Positions 9,679-20,137 of a stretch of 63,329 nucleotides of DNA are shown here, in pieces. This stretch comes from an uncultured Clostridia bacterium. Its GTDB lineage: Bacteria; Bacillota; Clostridia; TANB77; CAG-508. The stretch lies in NCBI GenBank assembly GCA_944388735.1, contig CALXJX010000005.1, forward strand, positions 1 to 63,329, given 5' to 3'. The notes under the pieces are model-generated. The model made no database searches. It was not told the DNA's origin and worked only from the letters and a program-made list of their open reading frames with translations. The stretch's first letter is position 1. The number at the start of each line of letters is the position of its first letter. The position numbers and the translations under genes were made by a program.

Positions 9679-9893
9679 GTAACAATTCAGAGGTCAATGA
9701 GGCAAAAGTGCTTTCTTGAGTAAGCTTCGAATGTGCCGTGTAATAGATGTATAAATTCTTAGCTTAAAGTAACTGAGGAAGCGTGATTAACGAGAGGCTC
9801 GGTTATTTTAAGCTTAGAATTTGTAGTCTATGGAACAAGCCGAGAAGATTGCGAAAGAAAGCACTTTTGCCTCATTGACCTCTGAATTGTTAC
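9679..9893 (+). repeat. Nested palindromic element (NPE), full copy
   Basis: Termini GTAACAATTCAGAGGTCAAT / ATTGACCTCTGAATTGTTAC, unique self-complementary arm GAGGCAAAAGTGCTTTC, and a conserved core CGAATGTGCCGTG...CAAGCCGAG carrying an inner 87-bp hairpin. Flanked by the direct repeat GAAAACTT (9671-9678 and 9894-9901). Confidence 0.8.
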
Positions 9894-9903
9894 GAAAACT
9901 TTA

Positions 9904-10599
9904 TTACTTACAAAATCTATGCCTACCAATAGTAACAGTCATTGGTCTAGACCATATCCACTTATTAGTTGCTGTTGAAAGATTAAAATAATATATTGCT
10001 CCATAGCTTGGGTCCCATCCATTTAAAGCATCTTGAGCAGCTTTTTTAGCAGTTGAATCTGGTGTTAAATTAATTTGTCCATCTCTTACTGCATCAAATG
10101 CCCCAGACTGATATATCACTCCTGAAATCGTATTTGGAAATGAACTACTTTTGACTCTATTCATAACTACTGCACCAACTGCAACCTGTCCTGAATATGG
10201 TTCTCCTCTTGCTTCTCCATATATGACTCTTGCAAGTAAATTTAAATTGTTGGAATTGCTTGAGCTACTCGATGAACTAGATGAATTTGAACTATTATAT
10301 ATTCCCATTGCTTTTAATGTTGCAGGTCCTGCAATTCCGTCTACTGTCAGTCCATTTTTTCTTTGAAAATATTTCACTGCCTCTAATGTTTGACTCCCAT
10401 ATATTCCGTCTATATTTCCATTATAATATCCCCACCTTTTCAACTTTGTCTGAATTTGGGTTACTTCATCTCCTCTTGAACCATACTTAGATAAAGCTTC
10501 TACTTCATTATCTGTCGAAAAAATTAATATTAAAGCTATAACCAATATAATCGTTACTAAAACACTTAATATTATGAGCTTTTTCTTATTTTTTAACAT
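9904..10599 (-). CDS. sleB: Spore cortex-lytic enzyme SleB-like (PG-binding domain plus SleB hydrolase domain)
   Basis: GDEVTQIQTKLKRWGYYNGNIDGIYGSQT (PG_binding_1), a poly-Ser linker, and YGEARGEPYSGQVAVGAVVMNRV (SleB domain). The start was chosen at the ATG at 10599, which has an AGGTGG RBS. Confidence 0.8.
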   Translation of the reverse strand: MLKNKKKLIILSVLVTIILVIALILIFSTDNEVEALSKYGSRGDEVTQIQTKLKRWGYYNGNIDGIYGSQTLEAVKYFQRKNGLTVDGIAGPATLKAMGIYNSSNSSSSSSSSSNSNNLNLLARVIYGEARGEPYSGQVAVGAVVMNRVKSSSFPNTISGVIYQSGAFDAVRDGQINLTPDSTAKKAAQDALNGWDPSYGAIYYFNLSTATNKWIWSRPMTVTIGRHRFCK

Positions 10600-10718
10600 A
10601 TAAAAAAACCACCTATTCATAAAAATTTCATTTACATTTATTTTTATCAATATTTGGTTTATTATACATCTTTTTATTAAGAAGTTTTTAAATTATTCTA
10701 TGCCATATAAAATGATGC

Positions 10719-11741
10719 TCAGCAATACCTACAAAGAATAGATTCTAGCCCTATTTGCAAATCTATATTTCCGATTTTATAATTGTAGTCTAAATCTCTT
10801 AATCTCTGTAAAATTAATTGTAACTCATTTTCTTGAAAATAACTAGCTTGTGTTTTGTATTTATTAACTAAAAATATTTGATTTGGTTTTAAATTCAAAC
10901 TCTGAGCAATATCTTTTTTATAATTAATAGCTAATTTTGTCAAATATAACTTTTTAAAGTGATTATATAATGTTATTAATATTTTTTGCAATGGCTCTTT
11001 TGTATATATTAGATTTTGTAAAATTTGCAAGGCTTTTCCTACTTGTTTTTTTCCTAAATTATCTGTTAAATCAAATATTACACTTTCTATCTTTTTTATA
11101 GATAATTTATCAATGTCTTGCTTTTCAATTTTACCACCTTCACCTGCATATTCTATCAATTTTCTGATTTCATTAATCAAATCTTGCATATTTGTTCCAC
11201 AACATTCAATAAAATATCTTAAAGTTGCATCATCAATTTGTACTTTATATCCTTGGCAAATTCCTTTTAATCTTTTTTCTATTTGAAGTGGCTTTTGATA
11301 GTCAAATTTGCATGTTATTCCAAGTTTATCTATTGTTTTATATAAATCTAATTTTACATCAACATCATCTTCTATAAAAACTAATACTACACTTTTATTT
11401 ATCTCTTTTATATTTTCTTCAATATATTTTGCAATATTTTCTCTTAGCTTTTGCATTTCTACATTTTTTCTTTTTCCGTCTTTTTTTAGTATTCCTGTAT
11501 TTCTAGCTATTATTAGTTTTTTTTCATATCCAAACGCAGGAGTTTCAATATCTGAAATAATTTGATTATAATTATTATCATCAATTGTTATATAGTTAAT
11601 TCCTTTTATACACTCTCCAAATAGTGTTTTTACCTTTTTTAATGATGTTTCTAATAAAAACAATTCTTCCCCACATAAAAGATATAAACTATGTAATACT
11701 CCACTTTTTAATTCTTTTTCTAAATTTTCAATAGTTATCAT
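10719..11741 (-). CDS. holA: DNA polymerase III delta subunit
   Basis: 340 aa. N-terminus LHSLYLLCGEELFLLE and overall length are typical of HolA. Confidence 0.75.
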   Translation of the reverse strand: MITIENLEKELKSGVLHSLYLLCGEELFLLETSLKKVKTLFGECIKGINYITIDDNNYNQIISDIETPAFGYEKKLIIARNTGILKKDGKRKNVEMQKLRENIAKYIEENIKEINKSVVLVFIEDDVDVKLDLYKTIDKLGITCKFDYQKPLQIEKRLKGICQGYKVQIDDATLRYFIECCGTNMQDLINEIRKLIEYAGEGGKIEKQDIDKLSIKKIESVIFDLTDNLGKKQVGKALQILQNLIYTKEPLQKILITLYNHFKKLYLTKLAINYKKDIAQSLNLKPNQIFLVNKYKTQASYFQENELQLILQRLRDLDYNYKIGNIDLQIGLESILCRYC

Positions 11742-11863
11742 TTTTTATTTCATTCCTTTATCTTAAGCACATATAAGATTTTTCTGTATATAACAAGTTT
11801 AAACTACTTATATTCGTGCAATAATTTTGAAATATTTTTACACATCTGGCGAAGCTGCTTTCT

Positions 11864-12349
11864 TTATAATTTCTGTGCAAATTTTGCTGAATGTGCATGA
11901 CAAATTCCTATCGCCATACTATCTGTTACATCGTCTAATTTAGGTAGCTTTTCCTCATTTAATATCATTTTTACCATTCTTTGTACCTGAATTTTGTCTG
12001 CTCTTCCATATCCTGTTACTGCTTGTTTTACCTGAAGAGGTGTATATTCATATACATCTACTTTTCTTATCCTAGCAGTCATTAAGATAACTCCTCTTGC
12101 TTGTGCTACGTTTATTGCAGTTTTTGCATTATTGTTAAAGAATAATTCTTCTATTGACATTGCTTCTGGTTGGTATTTTTCTATGATTTCATCTAAGTCA
12201 TAATAAATTTTTTCTAATCTCAATGGAAATGATTGTCCTGCATCTGTTAGTATTGCTCCAGATGTTACTAATTTAAATTTGTTTCCTATATAATCTATTA
12301 TACTATACCCTGTAATTGCAAATCCTGGGTCTATTCCTAATATTCTCAT
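11864..12349 (-). CDS. ruvC: Crossover junction endodeoxyribonuclease RuvC
   Basis: MRILGIDPGFAITGY... 161 aa, with RuvC catalytic acidic residues. Confidence 0.9.
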   Translation of the reverse strand: MRILGIDPGFAITGYSIIDYIGNKFKLVTSGAILTDAGQSFPLRLEKIYYDLDEIIEKYQPEAMSIEELFFNNNAKTAINVAQARGVILMTARIRKVDVYEYTPLQVKQAVTGYGRADKIQVQRMVKMILNEEKLPKLDDVTDSMAIGICHAHSAKFAQKL

Positions 12350-12370
12350 TTTGTACCTCTAATTACTTTA

Positions 12371-12484
12371 TTTTCTAGCTGAGGAGATAGATATTATTTT
12401 TTGAACTTATCTCCGAATGTGCCGTGGCATAGCAAGCCGAGGAGATAATGAAAAAAATAATATCTATCTCCTCAGCTAGAAAAT
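12371..12484 (+). repeat. NPE, mini-core copy (no inner hairpin)
   Basis: Arms TTTTCTAGCTGAGGAGATAGATATTATTTTT and their complement enclose TTATCTCCGAATGTGCCGTGGCATAGCAAGCCGAGGAGATAA. Confidence 0.75.
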
Positions 12485-12505
12485 AATAAAATTGAACATC
12501 ATCTA

Positions 12506-14545
12506 TTATTTATTTAAAATAATCCTGAATACTTCTGAAACACTCCAAGCTTGTGCTATTGCTCCTTTTGGCAATTGTGGCTTTTTAGAATCATAAATCT
12601 CCGCTATACTTCCTATACATCCATTTTCATTTAACTCTTTATTAAATGTTTTTTCTGTTTTTTCTATAAACTTATTTAACTTCTTTTCTAAAATCTCTTT
12701 TTCTTCGTCATTCTCTGTATATTTTATCATATTTTTCAAAGCATCATAATATAGACCTAATAGCCAAGTCCAAGTTATTCCTTGATGATAGCTTGTATCC
12801 CTTTTTGCCACATCTCCCTCATAAACTTCAACATAATTTTCTTCACCTTTAGCTAATGTTTTTAATCCATAGCTATTTAAAAGTTTTTTATCTACTACTT
12901 CTATTATTTCTTTAGCAATTTCCGATGTTGGCTCTATTACTGGATATGTCATACTTAATGCAAATAATTGGTTTGGTCTTATTTTTTCATCTCCTAGAAC
13001 ATCATACAAGCATTTATTTTTTGCATTATAAAACTTCTCTTCAAATGCACTTTTACATTTTTGAGCTAATTCCTTATATCTTCTTGCTTTGATAATATGC
13101 CCTGTATCACGGGATAATTTCTCCATAATTTTATTGGCATTATACCACATAGCATTTATTTCTACTGCCTTTCCACTTCTTGGAGTTACTGCAATTCCGT
13201 CATATTTAGCATCCATCCATGTATTTTGCGTTTCTTCTGTTCCTGATACAATTAAGCCGTCTGTATCTAAATAAATATTATTACTATCTACGTCAATGCC
13301 ACTACAATACTTTTCTATAATCTCTTCTAATTTATCGTATAGTTCCTGTTTTACAAATTTTATATCTCCTGTATATTCTATATATTTTTGAATTTGTTCA
13401 AACAATAATAATGAAGCATCTACACTATTATATAACGGTCTGTTATCATATCCTGAATATCCATTTGGAACCAAGCCATATTTTATATCTCTTACCATAG
13501 TCAATAATACTTCTTTTGCTATATCATATCTTTTAGTTACTAATAATAGTCCTTCAAATGCGATAAGAGAATCTCTTCCCCAATCTAAAAACCAAGGATA
13601 ACCTGCAATAATTGTATGTAATCTAAAATTTGGTCTGTATACAATAAAGTTGTCTGTTGCAAGAATTAATTGTTTAATTAATTCTTCTTTATTAATTTGT
13701 TTTTTTGTTTTCTTTTTATTTTCTTCTATTAACTCTGTATTTTTTATTATCTTATCCAATCTCCAAATTTCTTTATCTATCATATCTTGGACATCAATTT
13801 CTTCTATATTATCTTCTAATGAACATACAAAGGAAATATTTTTTTGTTCTCCAGCCTTTATTTCTACTTCATATATACCTGGCACACAATGATTTTCTTC
13901 TGGATAAAATCCTCTTTTTTGCTCTTCGACATAAAACATGTTACGAAATATGTCGTTTTCATGTATAATATAATTACCTTCAGACAAATTCAGATATATT
14001 GGAGTTTGAGAGTTTCCATTCAAAATTAATTTAACCTTTGCATTGTGCACAAATTGTTTTACTTCAAAATGGTCTTCATTATTTAATGTATGAAAATCTC
14101 TAAAGTTTACAACAGGTGCTAAAGTCAATTTTGCATCTTTTTCTCCGTTTTTTATTTTATAATATATTCCTACTGTATTTTTTTCGTATTCCATACATAT
14201 TGTCTTAGTAATTTCTACATCTTGTATTTTATATTTAAAAGTTGGCAAATATTCTTTCTCAAAAGACTCTTGATATTGATATCCTTGAGAAATATATGAT
14301 TCGCATAAATTAGTATAAAAACTATATTTTTGACCTTCTATTTCGATAGATTCGTCTAACTTTGAAAGTATTAAAAATCTTCTAGCTGGTGGTGTTAATG
14401 GCGCTATTAGTAGTCCATGATATTTCCTTGTATTAGCCCCTAAAATAGTTGAAGAACTATATCCTCCTATTCCATTTGTTATTAACCATTCTTTGTTTAA
14501 TCCATTTTCTATATTTAGACTTTCTTTTGTAAATTTCATTTTCAT
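12506..14545 (-). CDS. Glycogen debranching enzyme (amylo-alpha-1,6-glucosidase family)
   Basis: 679 aa. N-terminus NGIGGYSSSTILGANTRKYHGLL and C-terminal GDE-type (alpha/alpha)6 region motifs. Confidence 0.7.
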   Translation of the reverse strand: MKMKFTKESLNIENGLNKEWLITNGIGGYSSSTILGANTRKYHGLLIAPLTPPARRFLILSKLDESIEIEGQKYSFYTNLCESYISQGYQYQESFEKEYLPTFKYKIQDVEITKTICMEYEKNTVGIYYKIKNGEKDAKLTLAPVVNFRDFHTLNNEDHFEVKQFVHNAKVKLILNGNSQTPIYLNLSEGNYIIHENDIFRNMFYVEEQKRGFYPEENHCVPGIYEVEIKAGEQKNISFVCSLEDNIEEIDVQDMIDKEIWRLDKIIKNTELIEENKKKTKKQINKEELIKQLILATDNFIVYRPNFRLHTIIAGYPWFLDWGRDSLIAFEGLLLVTKRYDIAKEVLLTMVRDIKYGLVPNGYSGYDNRPLYNSVDASLLLFEQIQKYIEYTGDIKFVKQELYDKLEEIIEKYCSGIDVDSNNIYLDTDGLIVSGTEETQNTWMDAKYDGIAVTPRSGKAVEINAMWYNANKIMEKLSRDTGHIIKARRYKELAQKCKSAFEEKFYNAKNKCLYDVLGDEKIRPNQLFALSMTYPVIEPTSEIAKEIIEVVDKKLLNSYGLKTLAKGEENYVEVYEGDVAKRDTSYHQGITWTWLLGLYYDALKNMIKYTENDEEKEILEKKLNKFIEKTEKTFNKELNENGCIGSIAEIYDSKKPQLPKGAIAQAWSVSEVFRIILNK

Positions 14546-14577
14546 TCCTCCATTACTTTTCTGTGTATTTCTTTACA

Positions 14578-16272
14578 CTATCTATCTTTTGTTTTTATTC
14601 TTTTTGCGTTTCTAGTATTTGTCTTTGTATTGTCTTTATAACTTTTTTCCTCGTAGTTATTTACACTATCTAAATTGCTTTGCATTTTGTTTACTTTTGT
14701 TTGTCTTGAAATTTCTTTTTGATTTTCTTTCTCTTCTTTTTCTACCTTTTTTAATTTTTTAGCAATATCTTTATCTATCTTTACTTTTGATTTAGCATCA
14801 GCTTCTCTAATAGAAGCTATCCTGTCACTATATTTAGTACTAAATTTGCTTTTTCCTTTTTTAGAATCTTCTTTATGTCTTCCTTCATTTTTCCCCTCAT
14901 TTTTCTTTTCTTTTTTCTCCATAGCTTTTTTTATCTTATTTATTCTTTTTTCTTCTCTTAGTTTGGTATTTAGCATCACATATTGAGGGTCGTTTTCTTT
15001 ATCTTGATATTTTAAGTCATCACAAATTAATTCGATTATTGATGTAGCAACTAAATTAGGATCATGTCTAATATGTCCATTTGAAATCATAGATAAATTT
15101 CTTTGTAAAAATCTAATTCCTTTTACTTTATCAATGTCTTGCTCAACTAAATCTTGTCCTTCTAGATTATATTTCTTTATAAATTCTGGAATAATTTCTC
15201 CTGTATCATAAATACAATAATCAACTATTCCTTGTCCACAATGCTCTATAATAGCATTTAAATGGTCTGACACCCCATAATTATCTGTTTGACCCGGCTC
15301 TGTCATAATATTACTAATGTATACTTTAATTGCTGTACTTTCTTTTATAGCTCTTGCTACTCCATTTACTAAAAGATTTGGTATAACATTTGTATACAAA
15401 CTTCCAGGTCCAATAATTATACAATCAGCATTTTTTATTGCATCAATAACTCCAGGTGCTGGCTTACAATTTGACGGACTAAGATATATTCTACTAATTT
15501 TTGTTATCTTTTCTGAAACAACTTCTGGTATTCTTGATTTTTCTTCCACAACATATCCATTTTCCAATTCTGCCATGATATTCATCTCGTCTAAAGTTAC
15601 TGGGATAACTCGTCCTATCATATTTAAAACTTCATTGCTTTTTATAATAGAATCTTCAAAGTTTCCATTTATGTCTTTCATTGCAGAAAAATAGATATCA
15701 GAAAAATTTAGTCCTCTTAATTTTCCTTTTGAAAATTCATAATTAAATAATTTATCAATCTGTCCTTCTTTAGATGCTAATGATATAATACTATCTTTTA
15801 TATCTCCTAATGGTAATACTTCTAGCTCTCTTCTTGAATTAGACATTGCTTCCCCGTAATCTGATACTGTTACAATAGCAGTCAAATTACTTGTGTATTG
15901 TTTTAATCCTGATAAAACAGTATTTAATCCTGTTCCCCCGCCTATCACAACTATATTAGGGCCTTGGTCATATACTGTTTTGTCAAATATTAATGATTTT
16001 ACATTAACATTTTTCTTTTTTTCCATTCTTTCATCTGTTGACTCTATTAATATCTCTAACGTCCTTTTATTTAAAAATATTAAACCTAAAACTATTGCTA
16101 CAAAGCCAACAACAAAAATTACAACAATTTGTCCAACTTCTTGAAATGATATTTCTTTCATTACTAAAATTTTAGCTAGTCCATAGCAAGCTAAAATAAT
16201 TCCTACTAATATTAGAAATATCCATCTTTTCATTTTATTACTTGATTTAAACCAGTGCACTAATCCTTTCAC
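14578..16272 (-). CDS. yvcK: YvcK/CofD-like gluconeogenesis/morphogenesis factor with N-terminal TM segments and a long K/E-rich tail
   Basis: Core motif VVIGGGTGLNTVLSGLKQYTSNLTAIVTVSDYGE. Two hydrophobic helices lie at the N-terminus. The C-terminal part is a long low-complexity, Lys-rich extension. Confidence 0.8.
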   Translation of the reverse strand: MKGLVHWFKSSNKMKRWIFLILVGIILACYGLAKILVMKEISFQEVGQIVVIFVVGFVAIVLGLIFLNKRTLEILIESTDERMEKKKNVNVKSLIFDKTVYDQGPNIVVIGGGTGLNTVLSGLKQYTSNLTAIVTVSDYGEAMSNSRRELEVLPLGDIKDSIISLASKEGQIDKLFNYEFSKGKLRGLNFSDIYFSAMKDINGNFEDSIIKSNEVLNMIGRVIPVTLDEMNIMAELENGYVVEEKSRIPEVVSEKITKISRIYLSPSNCKPAPGVIDAIKNADCIIIGPGSLYTNVIPNLLVNGVARAIKESTAIKVYISNIMTEPGQTDNYGVSDHLNAIIEHCGQGIVDYCIYDTGEIIPEFIKKYNLEGQDLVEQDIDKVKGIRFLQRNLSMISNGHIRHDPNLVATSIIELICDDLKYQDKENDPQYVMLNTKLREEKRINKIKKAMEKKEKKNEGKNEGRHKEDSKKGKSKFSTKYSDRIASIREADAKSKVKIDKDIAKKLKKVEKEEKENQKEISRQTKVNKMQSNLDSVNNYEEKSYKDNTKTNTRNAKRIKTKDR

Positions 16273-16363
16273 AATTGTTTCATCCTTCCATTGTAGTATT
16301 TAATTCTTGTTACTTTTTTAATAAATCGTAAAATTATAATTTAAACTTATCAAAATCATACTG

Positions 16364-17281
16364 TTATTTTCCTATAAATTCAATTTCTAATTCTAAGTCT
16401 TTATTATATTTTTCTCTTATCTTTTCTTTTATGTATTTTATAAGTTGCATAACATCTTGTGCAGTTGCATTTCCTTTGTTTATAATAAACCCACTATGTT
16501 TAGTTGATACCATTGCTCCACCTATTGTGTATCCTTTCAGTCCTGCCTCATCAATTAGCTTTGCTGTAATAAAATCTTCTCCTCTTTTAAATGTACTTCC
16601 TGCACTTGGATATTCAATTGGTTGGTGTTCTCTTCTATATTTTGCGTATTCGTCCATTTTTTCTTTAATTTCTGATATTTCGCCTCTTTGTAATTCTAAA
16701 ACAGCTTCTAATATAATATATGCTTGTTGCTTAAAAATGCTTTTTCTATAAGAAAACTCTAATTCTTCATTTGTAAATTCTCTTATATTTCCGTCATAAT
16801 CCATACATTTAACTGATTTTACGATGTCTTTCATTTCTTTTCTGTATGCACCTGCATTCATTTTTATTGCTCCACCTATAGTTCCTGGAATCCCTGATAT
16901 TTCTTCAAATCCTTTTATTGAATTCTTGCATAAATACTGTCCTAACTTTGCAATCTTATAGCCTGCTCCTACTTTTACTTCTATCTTTTCATCTTCTTGT
17001 GATATTTGTATATCTTGAAATTGTATTAACAAAACAATCCCTTCGACTCCTTCATCTGATATTACTACATTACTTCCATTTCCCAAAATGGTTAGTGGAA
17101 TATTATTTTCTTTAGCAAATTGTAAAATTTCTTGTAATATTTTTTCATCATCTATTTTTAACAAACATTCTGCTTCTCCGCCTATTTTAAATGTCGTATA
17201 ATTTTTCATCGGTACATTCCATAATATTTTTTCTTCTGAGATATTTAATCTTTGAATTTGTTCCTTTTCTTTTTTATTCAA
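16364..17281 (-). CDS. murB: UDP-N-acetylenolpyruvoylglucosamine reductase
   Basis: 305 aa. FKIGGEAE, LGNGSNV and GSTFKRG motifs. Confidence 0.9.
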   Translation of the reverse strand: MNKKEKEQIQRLNISEEKILWNVPMKNYTTFKIGGEAECLLKIDDEKILQEILQFAKENNIPLTILGNGSNVVISDEGVEGIVLLIQFQDIQISQEDEKIEVKVGAGYKIAKLGQYLCKNSIKGFEEISGIPGTIGGAIKMNAGAYRKEMKDIVKSVKCMDYDGNIREFTNEELEFSYRKSIFKQQAYIILEAVLELQRGEISEIKEKMDEYAKYRREHQPIEYPSAGSTFKRGEDFITAKLIDEAGLKGYTIGGAMVSTKHSGFIINKGNATAQDVMQLIKYIKEKIREKYNKDLELEIEFIGK

Positions 17282-17296
17282 GGTTAATCTCTCCTT

Positions 17297-17788
17297 TTAT
17301 GTATTATCAACAGAATACATATATAATGCTTTTCCTGACGGTGTTACTTTTTGTGTTTTATTTATAACTTCTCCAGTTTCATAATTTACTATATATTCGT
17401 CCTCTGTATCTGTTATTCCTAATTCTTTTAATGCAGATTTATCTAAAAGATAATAATTTTCTGGACTCGCTGTATCTTTTAAACTTACTGTTACACCTTC
17501 TGTATTTTGAGAATTAATTTCCCCTATTATAGTATTAATTTCTGAGAAATCCGTGTATGGTGTTCCCGGATATTCTTCGTGTGTCAAACTTGCTTTTGTT
17601 TTTCTCTCTAATAATGCGTGATTTACCATGTCTAATTCACTAATAAATTTATTGTCTTTTGCCTCGTCAACACCTTGTAGCCCCATATTTATCGTTATTC
17701 CTGCAAGAATTAGCATAATAACTATTGTTATAACTAATGCTATTAATGTAATTGCATGTTCGTTGTTTTCTTGTACTTTTATTATCAT
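17297..17788 (-). CDS. Pilin-like protein with a prepilin-type hydrophobic N-terminus (orphan)
   Basis: An AGGAGG RBS precedes the ATG at 17788. Sequence MIIKVQENNEHA-ITLIALVITIVIMLILAGITI resembles a type IV pilin/pseudopilin alpha-1 helix but lacks the G|F..E signature. Confidence 0.35.
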   Translation of the reverse strand: MIIKVQENNEHAITLIALVITIVIMLILAGITINMGLQGVDEAKDNKFISELDMVNHALLERKTKASLTHEEYPGTPYTDFSEINTIIGEINSQNTEGVTVSLKDTASPENYYLLDKSALKELGITDTEDEYIVNYETGEVINKTQKVTPSGKALYMYSVDNT

Positions 17789-18115
17789 AAAATTACCTCC
17801 TAAGTACATTATTTATTAAAAATTTATATATTTTTAATAATTCTTTTGTTTTTTACAGCATAGAAATTTATATTTCAATAATTAATTTATAGCAGTAAAA
17901 AAATTATTCTTCTCAATTGCCCTCAGCACTGAACTGTTGCATTAATTTAAATAATTTTATTTTTATAATCTAAATCTTTTTATAAAATCTACTTTAATAT
18001 ATCATTTTTTTTCCAGAATTACAAGTTATATTTAACTTTTTTCGCCTAAAAGCTTTATTTTTTGCTTATTTTATAGTATAATAATAATAGATTATTTTTT
18101 TAGGAGGATTTTTTT

Positions 18116-18568
18116 ATGTGGCAATTTTGGTTAATTGCATCAGGAATATTTTTTATAGTTGAAATAATAACAGTAGGTTTTTTAGTTTTTTGGTTAGGAA
18201 TTGCAGCATTAATTACAATGTGTGTTAGTTTTTTTGTAGATAATATATTTATACAAGCAGTTGTATTCATTATATCTTCTGCAATTTTAATATTAGCAAC
18301 AAAACCTTTTGTAAAAAAATTTGTACACAATAATAACGGAACAAAAACTAATGTATTTTCTATTGTAGGAAAAAATGCAATTGTTACTAAAGATATAAAT
18401 TCAATAAATGGAACTGGTCTTATTAAAGTAGATGGTGAAACTTGGTCTGCTGAAGGTAAAGATGGCTCTAATATTGAAAAAGGAACAGAAGTAGAAATTT
18501 TAAAAATTGACGGAGTAAAAGCAATTGTTACCCCTACTTCTGTAGCAAAGAAATCAGAAAAAATATAA
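18116..18568 (+). CDS. NfeD-family membrane protein
   Basis: N-terminal TM helices plus a C-terminal OB-fold-like GLIKVDGETWSAEGKDGSNIEKGTEVEILKIDGVKAIV. Precedes an SPFH gene, which is the classic pairing. Confidence 0.75.
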   Translation: MWQFWLIASGIFFIVEIITVGFLVFWLGIAALITMCVSFFVDNIFIQAVVFIISSAILILATKPFVKKFVHNNNGTKTNVFSIVGKNAIVTKDINSINGTGLIKVDGETWSAEGKDGSNIEKGTEVEILKIDGVKAIVTPTSVAKKSEKI

Positions 18569-18577
18569 AAGGAGGAT

Positions 18578-19507
18578 TTGATTATGGTATTTTTATTAAT
18601 ATTACTTGCTATCATTTTGATTATAGCATTTACATCAATAAAAATCGTTAAACAATCTGAGGTGTACATAATTGAAAGATTAGGTAAATTCTATAAAGTA
18701 GCTGATGCTGGTCTTACAATTATCATTCCATTTTTTGATAGAGTTAGAAGTGTTGTAAGTTTAAAGCAACAAACAATGGATATTCCACCTCAAGGAGTTA
18801 TTACTAAAGATAATGTTACAATTACAATAGATACTGTTGTTTTCTATCAAATAACAGACCCTGCAAAAGCAGTTTATGAAATTCAAAGCTTGAAAAAAGG
18901 TATTGAATACTTAGCTATCACAACAATTCGTGATATTATTGGTAAAATGGATCTAGACGAAACTTTCAGTTCAAGGGATAGTATTAATGACCGTTTAAGA
19001 GTTGTTCTTGATGAAGCAACTGATAGATGGGGATGTAAAATTGATAGGGTTGAAATCAAAGATATTACTCCACCAGCTGACATCAGAGATGCAATGGAAA
19101 AGGAAATGAATGCAGAAAGAAATAAAAGAGCATTAATTCTAGAATCAGAAGCTCAAAGACAATCTGCTATTACTATAGCAGAAGGTAAAAAACAAGCTGC
19201 TATATTAGAAGCTGATGCAGATAAAGAAGCTAAAATAAGAAGAGCTGTCGGTGAAGCTCAGGCTATTAGAGAAGTTGCAGAGGCTAAAGCTAAAGAAATT
19301 CAATTAGTTTATGACGCTATGAAAAAAGCTGACCCTACTGATACTTTAGTACAATTAAAATCTCTTGAAGCTCTTGAAGAAGTTGCAAAAGGCGATGCAA
19401 ATAAAGTATTTATTCCTTTTGAAGCAACTAGTGCATTAAGTAGTTTAGGTGCTATTAAGGAAGTTATGACTGATGATAAGAAAAAAACTAAAAATTCAGA
19501 TGAATAA
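18578..19507 (+). CDS. SPFH/band-7 (stomatin-like) protein
   Basis: 309 aa. TM anchor, SPFH domain (IIERLGKFYKV...TKDNVTITIDTVVFYQI) and an A/E-rich coiled tail. Confidence 0.85.
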   Translation: MIMVFLLILLAIILIIAFTSIKIVKQSEVYIIERLGKFYKVADAGLTIIIPFFDRVRSVVSLKQQTMDIPPQGVITKDNVTITIDTVVFYQITDPAKAVYEIQSLKKGIEYLAITTIRDIIGKMDLDETFSSRDSINDRLRVVLDEATDRWGCKIDRVEIKDITPPADIRDAMEKEMNAERNKRALILESEAQRQSAITIAEGKKQAAILEADADKEAKIRRAVGEAQAIREVAEAKAKEIQLVYDAMKKADPTDTLVQLKSLEALEEVAKGDANKVFIPFEATSALSSLGAIKEVMTDDKKKTKNSDE

Positions 19508-19530
19508 ATTTTATAATTTAAAATAAATAA

Positions 19531-19560
19531 AAAACCAACTCAGTATAGAATTGGTTTTTT
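19531..19560. terminator. Bidirectional intrinsic terminator between convergent genes
   Basis: AAAAACCAA-loop-TTGGTTTTTT, flanked by A- and T-runs. Confidence 0.6.
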
Positions 19561-19566
19561 ATTTAT

Positions 19567-19902
19567 TTAATTAGATACCCACCTCAACATTTTGATATCT
19601 TTATATTTTGATAAAACTGCTCTATATTTATCATATTCTTCTTCCCATAATTCGTCTGGTATTTTATCAAATGCTCTAAATACTTTTTCTGCTTCTGATA
19701 AATATATTACCTGCTCTTGTGGAGTCATTCTTTCATATTGTTTAGCAAATTTATATAGTTTGTCTAATGTTTGGTTTGCTTCTATAAAACTCCAAAAGTC
19801 TTTTACTCTTATTCCAAATAATCTTATTTGTGCAATTGCAAATGCTACTAACCCAAATATTAAAAATACAAGTATATATATTGATGCTAATATCACTGCC
19901 AT
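19567..19902 (-). CDS. Hypothetical membrane-anchored protein
   Basis: 111 aa. One N-terminal TM helix. No family recognised. Confidence 0.4.
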   Translation of the reverse strand: MAVILASIYILVFLIFGLVAFAIAQIRLFGIRVKDFWSFIEANQTLDKLYKFAKQYERMTPQEQVIYLSEAEKVFRAFDKIPDELWEEEYDKYRAVLSKYKDIKMLRWVSN

Positions 19903-19986
19903 TTTTTATCACCTCTATTAGTTCTCTACTTTTGTACATCTTTATTATACCATATTTGGAACAATTTTGTAAATAGCTATGAAAAA

Positions 19987-20058
19987 AGTAATAGCTCAGA
20001 GGTCAATAGATGAAAAATGTTTTTTTTCATCTATCGACCTCTGAACTTTGCAATTACT
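19987..20058. repeat. NPE-related empty hairpin (termini only, no core)
   Basis: GCTCAGAGGTCAATAGATGAAAAA / TTTTTCATCTATCGACCTCTGAAC shares the CAGAGGTCAA terminus of the NPE family. Confidence 0.6.
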
Positions 20059-20137
20059 ATTCATTAATTTTTATTTAACTTTTTTAATAAAATATGTTAT
20101 AATTTCAATATTGGAATATGAAAGGAAAGTGATTACA

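Noticed and set aside
9760-9810. Hammerhead-like CUGAGGA in the NPE inner hairpin loop
   Set aside because: Only the CUGANGA half-motif is present. There is no GAAA box or appropriate three-stem junction, so a ribozyme call is not supportable by eye.
18100-18669. 189-aa minus-strand ORF
   Set aside because: Antisense to the well-supported nfeD/SPFH genes. No recognisable motifs.
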